From the NCBI GenBank assembly GCA_965203175.1, contig OZ241867.1, forward strand, positions 4,960,001-5,024,000: DNA of 64,000 bases. The letters run 5' to 3'. The notes beneath the pieces were generated by a model. The model worked only from the letters and a program-made list of their open reading frames with translations. It did no database searches and was not told where the DNA came from. Below are positions 18,803 to 27,396 of this stretch, in pieces. A program made the translations under genes and the position numbers. The first letter of the stretch is position 1; every line of letters begins with the position of its first letter. The DNA comes from Candidatus Latescibacterota bacterium (GTDB lineage: Bacteria; Latescibacterota; UBA2968; UBA8231).

Positions 18803-19741
18803 TCATGGGACTGCAAGCAGCGCTTTGATCTGTCCCCACGACTGGACTTCGACGCTCGTCGCAGCCGGGGTCGTCGGCTGCCAAGAGGGTTTGCGTCCAC
18901 CTAAACCGTTGGTCAAATTGACCAAGTTGCTCCCGTCTATATCAACAACCCAAATCTCATCGCCCCCTTGCTCGCTAGCAGCAGAGAAGGCGATTCTCAT
19001 GCTATCAGGCGACCAAGTAGTTGGGTCAGACATTCTCTCCCAGCCGGGTTCAAGTTCAGCTTGTTGATAGGGTAGATCGGGAAGGAGGATCTCCGAGAAA
19101 TCTTCTATCTGTTTAGAAGGCTGCGGCCCCTCACTGGGAGCGTAGCTAACTAGGCGTAGGTAGGCATTGCCCTCGTCGTCCTGCAACACGACTTCTGCTT
19201 GTTTGGTTCCGTCTGGAGAACGATTATCGCGGAAACGGCGGGCTATCCCAGCTCCCTCCTTCCAATCCACGGGTGAGGAGCCACTGCCGTCCAACTCCAC
19301 CGCGAACAGTTCATTGGGGGACCCCCTCCTATAGTAGTAAATGCGACTCCCGTCTTCAGCCCAAAAGATCTCTTCAAATCCGGATTCGGATCCGGGATCT
19401 ACTAGATATCCCACTTGTTGCGGATTGCCGCCATCGGCGTCCATCACCCAGATGGCACCTTGGGAATAATCGACATAGAGGACCCCATCGGAATCGAAAA
19501 GATCGTCAAAGGCGAGATAGGCGATCTTCGTGCCATCTGGAGACCAAGCCGGGCTAACGCACTGCAGATGTCGTCCTGGGGTTAAGTTGACGGGGACGCT
19601 CCCATCCGCATTCATAATCCACACGTCAGAACGCCCCTCGTGTCTGGAGAGAAATGCTATTTTACCGTCGGCTTGCCCCCAGCCAGCGACGGCTAGCCCC
19701 AGTGTTGCCAAGCAGACGATCATTAGGGAGCGATAGTTCAT
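18803..19741 (-). CDS. Secreted TolB-like (PD40) beta-propeller protein, paralog 3
   Basis: AGGAGG RBS, MNYRSL start; PD40 blades; SWGQIK tail. Confidence 0.85.
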   Translation of the reverse strand: MNYRSLMIVCLATLGLAVAGWGQADGKIAFLSRHEGRSDVWIMNADGSVPVNLTPGRHLQCVSPAWSPDGTKIAYLAFDDLFDSDGVLYVDYSQGAIWVMDADGGNPQQVGYLVDPGSESGFEEIFWAEDGSRIYYYRRGSPNELFAVELDGSGSSPVDWKEGAGIARRFRDNRSPDGTKQAEVVLQDDEGNAYLRLVSYAPSEGPQPSKQIEDFSEILLPDLPYQQAELEPGWERMSDPTTWSPDSMRIAFSAASEQGGDEIWVVDIDGSNLVNLTNGLGGRKPSWQPTTPAATSVEVQSWGQIKALLAVP

Positions 19742-19804
19742 AACGTGCCTCCTTGCATAAGGTGTATGAATAGAATGTACTACTAACAGTAAATCTATAT
19801 GCCT

Positions 19805-19819
19805 GCACATTCCGTGCCA
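19805..19819 (-). promoter_or_regulatory. Sigma-54 -24/-12 promoter
   Basis: TGGCACGGAATGTGC, identical to 14089-14103 and 23941-23955. Confidence 0.75.
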
Positions 19820-19868
19820 AAAATTCGAGCACCGACAAAAAATCCTTAAGGACTAGTGCGAACCGCCC

Positions 19869-20870
19869 CTACGGACGAGGCGAGATTGACGGGGAACCCG
19901 TTGAAAGCAGCGATTTGATCCGGCCCCACGACTGGGACTCGACGCTCGTAGAGGAAGGAACGACAGGTTGCCAAGCGGGAGAATGTCCACCTAAACCGTT
20001 AGTCAATTCGACTAGGTTGCTCCCGTCTATATCAACGGCCCAAATGAAATCGGTGAAATCAGAGAAGGCTATTCTCATGCTGTTGGGTGCCCAAGTATGG
20101 AAAAACAGCCATGTGTCGTCGGACACGCACACACCGTCCTGGCCATACCAAGTGCGAAACGAGTCTGGGGACTCGCGCACGCACAGACCACTCTGGTCTA
20201 GGTCCGGTAGAGGGATAACCGAAAGCTCGGCTCTGATACGCTGAAGAAAAACCGAGGCATCGACTCCTCTGCTGGTAGGCTCATGAAAAATAGAGAAAAC
20301 CGAGGGCTCATTTTCTCTAACATCGCTGACGTAGAAGCGGGCGAGGTTCACTTCGTCTCCTTTTTCCCGCAGCACGACAACGGCTTCTTTAGTCCCGTCC
20401 GGGGAACGATTGTGGCCGTTGTAGGGCGCCTCTCTCCAGTCCACGGGCGAGGAGCCACTGCCGTCTAGCGCCATGACAAACGTACTAGTACTAGTAGTCC
20501 ACTCGGTATAGTAAATGCTACTTCCATCTGCAGACCACGAAAGACGTATTCTATCGACTGAATCGTCTGTTAGCTGCTGTGGATTGCCGCCATCGGCATC
20601 CATCAACCAAATCTCTCCACCATACTGATCATCGTCAAAAACATCGCTGATATAGGCGATCTTCGCGCCATCCGGGGACCAAGCCGGGCTAATGCAATCC
20701 CGTCCTTGGGTTAGATTTACGGGATCGCTCCCATCCGCATTCATAATCCACACGTCACCGTGCCCCTCGCGGTCGGAGATAAATGCTATTTTACTGTCGG
20801 CTTGCCCCCAGCCAGCGACGGCCAGCCCCAGCATTGCCAAGCAGACGAGCAGTAGGGATCGATAGCTCAT
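19869..20870 (-). CDS. Secreted TolB-like (PD40) beta-propeller protein, paralog 4
   Basis: AGGAG RBS, MSYRSL start; PD40 blades; SWGRIK tail with short extension. Confidence 0.85.
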   Translation of the reverse strand: MSYRSLLLVCLAMLGLAVAGWGQADSKIAFISDREGHGDVWIMNADGSDPVNLTQGRDCISPAWSPDGAKIAYISDVFDDDQYGGEIWLMDADGGNPQQLTDDSVDRIRLSWSADGSSIYYTEWTTSTSTFVMALDGSGSSPVDWREAPYNGHNRSPDGTKEAVVVLREKGDEVNLARFYVSDVRENEPSVFSIFHEPTSRGVDASVFLQRIRAELSVIPLPDLDQSGLCVRESPDSFRTWYGQDGVCVSDDTWLFFHTWAPNSMRIAFSDFTDFIWAVDIDGSNLVELTNGLGGHSPAWQPVVPSSTSVESQSWGRIKSLLSTGSPSISPRP

Positions 20871-20939
20871 AACGTAGCTCCTTTCACAATATGGATTCAT
20901 CGGTCTTTCCTTTTTAATAATGCTAAAAAACCTCCCTCC

Positions 20940-22940
20940 TTATGGGAGCTTGGTCGTCTTTTTCGCTTCCACCTGTCCGTCCACCTCGACCCGATAGATA
21001 TACACCCCAGCGGCTACTGCCTTCCCCGCCTCATCGCGGCCATTCCAAGCAAGACGATGGCTACCCGCCCCAAGCGGCCCCTGCCACAACTGCCGCACCC
21101 GACGACCCAACACATCGTACACCGTCAACGACATCTGCGCCGCGTCTGTTGCCAAATCAAGGGGGATCACGACAGCCGGATTGAACGGATTGGGATAGCT
21201 GTCGCCGAGCCGATACTGCGTCGGTCGAACCATCGTCGGCGTCTGCACGGCCGTCGGCTGCCCGCTCAGCGAATTCTTGAGCACATGCACCCCGCCCAGT
21301 ATCGGATCTAACACCACCAAATCGAGATCGCCGTCGCTATCTATATCCCCGGAGAGCACGTGGGTACCACTTCCCTGCAGACGATGCCGCTCCCCTGCTT
21401 GGGTAGGATGGCCCCCCCCACTCCATTCGACAAACACCCCAAAGCCCGACGCGCGGTCTCCACCGATAAACACCCAGTCCTCAACCCCATCGGCGTTTAG
21501 ATCGCGTACCATCACCGACGAGCGGAGGAACAGCCGATCATCATATAATACCTCTGCGACTTCTAGGCCGCCTCCGGCGCTCTTACTCTTCAAGACCAGC
21601 CCCTTACGACCTTCAAATTGATCGTGTGTGAACTCTGTGACGAAATCCATCTGCCCATCGCCGTCAAAATCTACCATTTCTTCGCCCCCCACAATCAGCG
21701 TGTTCGGCCACAATATGTCTAGTAATGACCCATCGCCGATAAGGTCGTCGGTCTCCACCTCCTCGTAAGTCCGCACGCCCTGTTCTATATACCATATCTC
21801 GCCTTCTTCAAAAGCAATATCTTTTACATATAATTCACCCCGTCCGTCGTCATTCCAATCAACCACAGCCACGAGCCATCTATCCTCGATCTGTACCAGC
21901 ACCTCGACTTGGAGTGCCGGCCCGATAGACCAAACTTCTATCATCTGCTCTTCTTCCCCATTCCAGCGGGGATATATCACGATTTCGTCTTGACCATCGC
22001 CGGTCAAGTCAGCACCTACCACACCTAAGTATGACCTAGCGACCACCGTTGAGTAATCACCTGTGGCCTCTACCTCTATAGGTCCCAGTTCCAACGCACC
22101 TTGTCCGTCATTGAGTGCCATCAGCCATCCAGCTTTATCCTCAGGCCACCCTCCGTTGTAATCTTTAAAATAAAAGAAGGCGAAAAGGTCTAGTGCCCCA
22201 TCGCCATCCAAATCCGTCAAGACACCAGCCACATCACTCGCCTTTTCTCCCCCTATGCCCCGCGCAATCGGATAGAAAACCGGCGGGGCAAAAAGTCCGA
22301 CCTCATCAAAGCGAAAGTACTCCACGGGTGGAGGAGGCAGGTCTCCCTGTGCGAGCTCTTCCTCACCGGTCAACTCAATCCAGTCAATCTCCAACCATTC
22401 GACCGTCTCTGCCGACGGGTCCCCATCATCCAGTGAAAAACTGAGCTGAATATCTTTTAACCAGCCCTCCCAATCGTCTTGACCTGCTAACGAGAACACT
22501 ACTTCCTTCCACTCAGTGGTATAGACTGGTGCTTCTCGAGAGACGATTCTAAACGGGTATCTAGATAGCTGTTCGAAATCCCGCATGTTGTGCTCGTTGG
22601 CCCACTCCATCGTAAAACCACCACTACCAACCGTAGGGCGGTCGGTGCGGAACCGGATGCGGACTTGGTCGAACAGACCCGAATCGTACCCAATGGTAGG
22701 AGAAACCAACTCGACAGTCGTCCAAGAGTAGTAACTCTTGGTGACGGAGGGCGCGACCGCAATCCTCCACACGCCATCTTCGACCTCCCCTGGAAACAGG
22801 TGCAATTCACGCTTACCACCCCACAAAAAAGCCTCTTTGGCAGACCACCCCTGCGCCGTCCCATCGTCGAACTCCCACGTGATCGCCACGGCAGGACCGC
22901 TCCATAGCATCGCGCATACAACAACGGAGAATTTCAACAT
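20940..22940 (-). CDS. Secreted CBM-like + FG-GAP/VCBS repeat + FlgD-Ig protein, paralog 3
   Basis: Same architecture as 7572-9692; GGAGG RBS. Confidence 0.85.
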   Translation of the reverse strand: MLKFSVVVCAMLWSGPAVAITWEFDDGTAQGWSAKEAFLWGGKRELHLFPGEVEDGVWRIAVAPSVTKSYYSWTTVELVSPTIGYDSGLFDQVRIRFRTDRPTVGSGGFTMEWANEHNMRDFEQLSRYPFRIVSREAPVYTTEWKEVVFSLAGQDDWEGWLKDIQLSFSLDDGDPSAETVEWLEIDWIELTGEEELAQGDLPPPPVEYFRFDEVGLFAPPVFYPIARGIGGEKASDVAGVLTDLDGDGALDLFAFFYFKDYNGGWPEDKAGWLMALNDGQGALELGPIEVEATGDYSTVVARSYLGVVGADLTGDGQDEIVIYPRWNGEEEQMIEVWSIGPALQVEVLVQIEDRWLVAVVDWNDDGRGELYVKDIAFEEGEIWYIEQGVRTYEEVETDDLIGDGSLLDILWPNTLIVGGEEMVDFDGDGQMDFVTEFTHDQFEGRKGLVLKSKSAGGGLEVAEVLYDDRLFLRSSVMVRDLNADGVEDWVFIGGDRASGFGVFVEWSGGGHPTQAGERHRLQGSGTHVLSGDIDSDGDLDLVVLDPILGGVHVLKNSLSGQPTAVQTPTMVRPTQYRLGDSYPNPFNPAVVIPLDLATDAAQMSLTVYDVLGRRVRQLWQGPLGAGSHRLAWNGRDEAGKAVAAGVYIYRVEVDGQVEAKKTTKLP

Positions 22941-22956
22941 GACATCACCTCCCAAC

Positions 22957-23898
22957 CTAACGGGTACCCGTTGAAAGCAGCGCTTTGATCCGTCCCCATG
23001 ACTGGACTTCGACGCTCGTGGCAGTAGCAGAAGGAGAAACTGGTTGCCAAGCGGGACTAGCTCCGTCCAAGCCGTTGGTCAGATTGACCAAGTTACTCCC
23101 GTCTATATTAACAACCCAAACTCCCCGGTACCCTTGCTCGTCATTGGCAGTGAAGGCGATTCTCATGCTGTCAGGCGACCAAGTAGGGTCGCGATCCATT
23201 CTCTCGTAGCCGGGTTCAAGTTCAGCTTGTTGATAGGGTAGATCAGGAAGGAGAATCTCCGAGAAATCCTCTATCTGGTTGGAAGGATACGGCCCCTCAG
23301 TGGGAGCGAAGACAACTAGGCGTAGGTAGGCATTGCCCTCTCCGTCCTGCAACACGACGGTTGCTCGTTTGGTTCCGTCTGGAGAGCGATCGAGGGAACG
23401 ACGGACTATCCCAGCCGCATCCCTCCAGTCCATAAGTGAGGAGCCACTGCCGTCCAGCGGCACAACGAACAGTTCATAGCGGGGATGCTGCACGTAGTAG
23501 TAAATGTTACTTCCGTCTTCAGCCCAAAAAAGCTCCTTAGACATGGTCTCTCCTATACTGGTCTCTGGTAGAGATGCCACTTGTTGCGGATTGCCGCCAT
23601 CGGCGTCCATCACCCAGATATCGGCAACGGAATAATCGGCCCAGGCGGAATCGGGATCGGCACTAAAGGCGAAATAGGCGATCTTCGTGCCATCTGGAGA
23701 CCAAGACTGTCTAATGCAATGGGCATGCCGACCTTGGGTTAAGTTGACGGGGGCGCTCCCATCCGCATTCATAATCCACACGTCACCGGCCCCCTCGCGC
23801 CACGAAGTAAATGCTATTTTACCGTCGGCTTGCCCCCAGCCAGCGACAGCCAGCCCCAGCGTTGCCAAGCAGACGATTAGTAGGGATCGATAGCTCAT
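22957..23898 (-). CDS. Secreted TolB-like (PD40) beta-propeller protein, paralog 5
   Basis: AGGAG RBS, MSYRSL start; PD40 blades; SWGRIK tail. Confidence 0.85.
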   Translation of the reverse strand: MSYRSLLIVCLATLGLAVAGWGQADGKIAFTSWREGAGDVWIMNADGSAPVNLTQGRHAHCIRQSWSPDGTKIAYFAFSADPDSAWADYSVADIWVMDADGGNPQQVASLPETSIGETMSKELFWAEDGSNIYYYVQHPRYELFVVPLDGSGSSLMDWRDAAGIVRRSLDRSPDGTKRATVVLQDGEGNAYLRLVVFAPTEGPYPSNQIEDFSEILLPDLPYQQAELEPGYERMDRDPTWSPDSMRIAFTANDEQGYRGVWVVNIDGSNLVNLTNGLDGASPAWQPVSPSATATSVEVQSWGRIKALLSTGTR

Positions 23899-23940
23899 AA
23901 TGTGGCTCCTTGTATAAGGTTGTGAATAGGGTACATATAG

Positions 23941-23955
23941 GCACATTCCGTGCCA
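23941..23955 (-). promoter_or_regulatory. Sigma-54 -24/-12 promoter
   Basis: TGGCACGGAATGTGC, downstream of activator paralog 2. Confidence 0.8.
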
Positions 23956-23972
23956 AAAATTCGGCCGCCGAC

Positions 23973-24001
23973 AAAAAAGTTCTTTAGGAATACCCTAAAG
24001 G
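23973..24001 (-). terminator. Intrinsic terminator after activator gene 2
   Basis: CTTTAGG-N5-CCTAAAG stem then T-run on the minus strand; homologous to 14119-14152. Confidence 0.5.
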
Positions 24002-24078
24002 ATTGAAAAACATAATACTTAAAATATGAAACGAGTCTTTTTACGATGCGCGGCCTCAGCCCTCGGCATAAGCCTTTC

Positions 24079-24157
24079 CACGTTTTTTCGTGCAATCTGA
24101 ACGACTTTCCGTGCAATCTGAACGACTTTCCGTGTTGGCCGCCTACGACTTCTTCGG
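24079..24157. promoter_or_regulatory. Tandem palindromic putative enhancer (UAS) sites
   Basis: Boxes at 24079, 24100, 24121, 24144 (21/21/23 bp spacing), including a 21-bp tandem duplication GTGCAATCTGAACGACTTTCC. Confidence 0.6.
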
Positions 24158-27100
24158 TCGGCGCAACCCGTACTTCCTCATGCGATAGCGCAGCTTCTCT
24201 GGGCTCATCCCCAACAAATGCGCCGCACCCCGCTCGCCGTATATCATCCAGTTAGTCGCTTGCAGAGCCTCCACAAGCTGCTGCTTTTCATCCAAGCCTT
24301 CGCCAGCCGCTGGCGCGGGTGGCCCTGCATCTCCAGACCGCCGCGCAACCGACGGCAGCAGCAAATCACCAACGCGTATCACCCCACCCTCGCACAGCAA
24401 CACCGCCCGATGGATCAGGTGCTCCAACTCGCGCACATTCCCCGGCCAAGCATACCCCTGCAAGTGCGCGACCACCCCCTCGTCTAAGGTCGGTGCCGGA
24501 CGTCGCAGATGCTGGGCATACCGCTCGGCAAAATGTGCCGCCAAAGCCGGGATATCCTCTTGCCGCTGACGCAGAGGTGGAAGCTCTAGCGTGAAGACAC
24601 TCAGACGGTAGAACAGGTCTTCGCGGAACGTGCCCTCTTGGATGGCCTGTCGCAAGTCGCGGTTCGTCGCCGCGATGACCCGCACATCCACGCGCACAGG
24701 CTGCTCGCCGCCGACGCGGGTCAAGGCATTCTCCTCTAAGATGTGCAGCAGCACCCGCTGAGACTCCAACGGCAAATCGCCGATCTCGTCCAGAAAGAGG
24801 GTGCCGCCATCGGCCAGTTCAAAGCGGCCGAGTTGACGGCTCGCCGCCCCGGTAAAAGCCCCCTTCTCGTGGCCGAATAACTCGCTTTCGATCAACCCAG
24901 CCGGCAGTGCCCCGCAATTGACTTGGATGAAAGGCCGCTTGCGGCGAGTGCTTGTCTCGTGGATGGTCTGCGCCAATAAGCCCTTGCCCGTGCCGGTCTC
25001 GCCCAGCACCAGCACAGTCATCGCCGTCTCAGCGACGAGCACGGTCTGCTCCATCACTTGGCGCATCGCCCAACTCTCGCTATGTACGACGTGGTCGGCC
25101 GCACGCAGAAAGTTTTCAAAAGCGTGGATGCGTTCGGTTTTAGCGTCGGGGAGGATCTGAATCTCCAGGCTGGCGACCTCCGACAGCAAACCATCGCGGT
25201 CCATCGTCCTCACCTCAAAGTGGTACTCGCCCACCGGCAGGGAGCTATACACGACCTCATCGGCGACCGTAAACGCACTCCACTGTTCCGTCGGATCGTG
25301 CCCTAACAGCCGGTGGCTGTAGCGCATCTGTCCCGCGCCGGTGCGGAAACTGATGCCTTGGAAGTGAATGCGGATTTCCGGGGTGCTTTCTGGGCAGGAT
25401 ACAGCTTCGGGCGCGGTCAAGAGGGTGCCGGCCATGACCTCGCGGATGACCAAGCGCGGCGGCGTGTGTCCCGGCTGGTAGGCAACCAGCCCCGCCCGCG
25501 TGCCAAACCACAGCCGACCGCGCCGGTCGCACAGGACGGCTTCGACCATGTTGTCGAGGGCAGACGGCCCCAAGCGGATGCTTTGGAAGGTCTCGCCATC
25601 GTAGCGAAGGACGCCGCCGCCGCTGGTGCCCATCCAAATATGGCCCTCCGAGTCGGCCGTCAGCGCCAAGATGCCATTGGCTGACAGCCCAAACTGTTCG
25701 GCGGTAAAGTGGCGCACCTTCCGCGATGAGAGATCAAGGGCGAACAATCCCTTAGCCGTACCCACCCACAGGGTGTTTTGGTGCTCCCATAAGATGTTGA
25801 CATAGGCGATGGACTCCGCTTCGGCCATATCCGCTGGGCGCAAGCGATCATCCTCGTAACAGTAGAGTGCCGGGACTTCTCCGTATAAACCCATCCAGAG
25901 TACACCGTCTCGGTCTTGCAACAACGATCCGACCCAGAATACCCTGTCTTGATCTTGCAGCAAGGTGCCACATTCATCAAGGGGAATAAAGTGATTTTCC
26001 CCTATCCAGCCGAAGCGACCGGTGGACGTACCGACCCAGATACGCCCTTGTCCATCTCCGCATAGCCCAGTGATTGTTTCTGGATGGGTCTCTTCGGCCA
26101 CGGAGATCGCTTGTGGCGTTTGGCCCTCCCACTTGTACACCTTGCCCGTATCCCCGCTACTCCAGACCTGTCCCTGGCCATCCACCACCATCGCCCAGAC
26201 GGTTTCCCCCGTCTTGACCGGACGGACTTGCCCTTCTTCCATATAGGCCATGCCCCCCATCGTGCCAATCCACATCCGACCCTCATGGTCTTCTCCCAAG
26301 TGGCGAATCTCGCGGTCGGGCAGGCCATCGGCTTCCGTGTAGCGACGGATGCTAGTCGGGTCACAAAAAATCAGTCCACCACCCCAAAGTCCAATCCAGA
26401 TATTGCCCTCGCGGTCTTCGTACGTCAGACGCGTAAGCGAAAAGTCAATATCTGGCAAAGAAGCAGAAAAGGACTGCCACTCCTGCCCGTCGTGTACCAT
26501 CACGCCTCGGTGGGTCAGCCAGAGCCAGCCCCTCTCGTCAGTCCGCACGTGCCGCGTCCCGCTCTGCGCCACTCCTTCGTCGCCCTTGCCCGCATTAATG
26601 CACGCAACCTGTTGGTCCCGTGGATCATAGCGGCCGATCAAGACTTCGCTACTTGAGTAACCGAAGGCGATCCACAGATGGCCGGAGGAGTCTTGGGCAA
26701 ATTTCCAAGGCCATTGGCCCGCCTCCTCGCCGATACCCATACCCATATACCGCCCATCCAAGCTGAGGACGCCTTGACCCACCGTCGCCAGCCAAGTAGT
26801 ACCACTCGCGTCAGTAGCCATGTCGTACACGCGCCCCAACGGTTGGCCGCCAACATCGGTTATACTCCTTATGCAGCGGCCCTCGGCAAACCAAGCCACG
26901 CCCGCGCCCGTCAACGCCAAAATCGAGCCGTCCGGCTGAGCTTGCAGGCCCACAATCTCATTGGAAGGTAGGCCGTGCTCAGTGGTGTACACCTGAAAAT
27001 CGCGCCCGTCATAGGCGGCAATCCCACCGCCGAACGTGCCGAACAAAAGCCGACCGTCCGCGTCTTCGGCAATGGCCATGACCGTCAGATTGGGCAGACC

Positions 27101-27280
27101 GTCCTTGAGGCTAAACGTATCGAACCGGGCACTGTCGAACCGGCTGACGCCCCCGTCGGCCGTGGCGACCCAGAGAAAACCCTGGCGATCTTGGTAGATG
27201 TCTTCCACGTGCATCCCAGCCAGCCCATCAAAAACAGTGTACTGATTGCTCAACACGTGCTCAAAGGATAGGTCGCTCAT
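24143..27280 (-). CDS. Sigma-54-dependent activator: Reg_prop beta-propellers + Y_Y_Y + AAA+ + HTH, paralog 2
   Basis: Co-linear paralog of 14336-17461 with intact GAFTGA and Walker motifs. Confidence 0.92.
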   Translation of the reverse strand: MSDLSFEHVLSNQYTVFDGLAGMHVEDIYQDRQGFLWVATADGGVSRFDSARFDTFSLKDGLPNLTVMAIAEDADGRLLFGTFGGGIAAYDGRDFQVYTTEHGLPSNEIVGLQAQPDGSILALTGAGVAWFAEGRCIRSITDVGGQPLGRVYDMATDASGTTWLATVGQGVLSLDGRYMGMGIGEEAGQWPWKFAQDSSGHLWIAFGYSSSEVLIGRYDPRDQQVACINAGKGDEGVAQSGTRHVRTDERGWLWLTHRGVMVHDGQEWQSFSASLPDIDFSLTRLTYEDREGNIWIGLWGGGLIFCDPTSIRRYTEADGLPDREIRHLGEDHEGRMWIGTMGGMAYMEEGQVRPVKTGETVWAMVVDGQGQVWSSGDTGKVYKWEGQTPQAISVAEETHPETITGLCGDGQGRIWVGTSTGRFGWIGENHFIPLDECGTLLQDQDRVFWVGSLLQDRDGVLWMGLYGEVPALYCYEDDRLRPADMAEAESIAYVNILWEHQNTLWVGTAKGLFALDLSSRKVRHFTAEQFGLSANGILALTADSEGHIWMGTSGGGVLRYDGETFQSIRLGPSALDNMVEAVLCDRRGRLWFGTRAGLVAYQPGHTPPRLVIREVMAGTLLTAPEAVSCPESTPEIRIHFQGISFRTGAGQMRYSHRLLGHDPTEQWSAFTVADEVVYSSLPVGEYHFEVRTMDRDGLLSEVASLEIQILPDAKTERIHAFENFLRAADHVVHSESWAMRQVMEQTVLVAETAMTVLVLGETGTGKGLLAQTIHETSTRRKRPFIQVNCGALPAGLIESELFGHEKGAFTGAASRQLGRFELADGGTLFLDEIGDLPLESQRVLLHILEENALTRVGGEQPVRVDVRVIAATNRDLRQAIQEGTFREDLFYRLSVFTLELPPLRQRQEDIPALAAHFAERYAQHLRRPAPTLDEGVVAHLQGYAWPGNVRELEHLIHRAVLLCEGGVIRVGDLLLPSVARRSGDAGPPAPAAGEGLDEKQQLVEALQATNWMIYGERGAAHLLGMSPEKLRYRMRKYGLRRPKKS

Positions 27281-27396
27281 ACTCGCCTTTCCGACGATTG
27301 GGAGGTTTTTAATACATACGACATCCTAAACCTGATCCTAGGCTGAGGTTGCCTCAAGTTGAATTTCACCGGACGAATATGCTTCTTTATTATCCC

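Noticed and set aside
6210-23898. Diversity-generating retroelement acting on the paralogs
   Set aside because: No reverse transcriptase, and no template/variable repeat pair differing only at adenines; variation includes indels and block swaps.
6210-27280. Integron cassette array or shufflon
   Set aside because: No integrase or recombinase, no recognisable attC sites, no inverted segments, and the genes have their own promoters.
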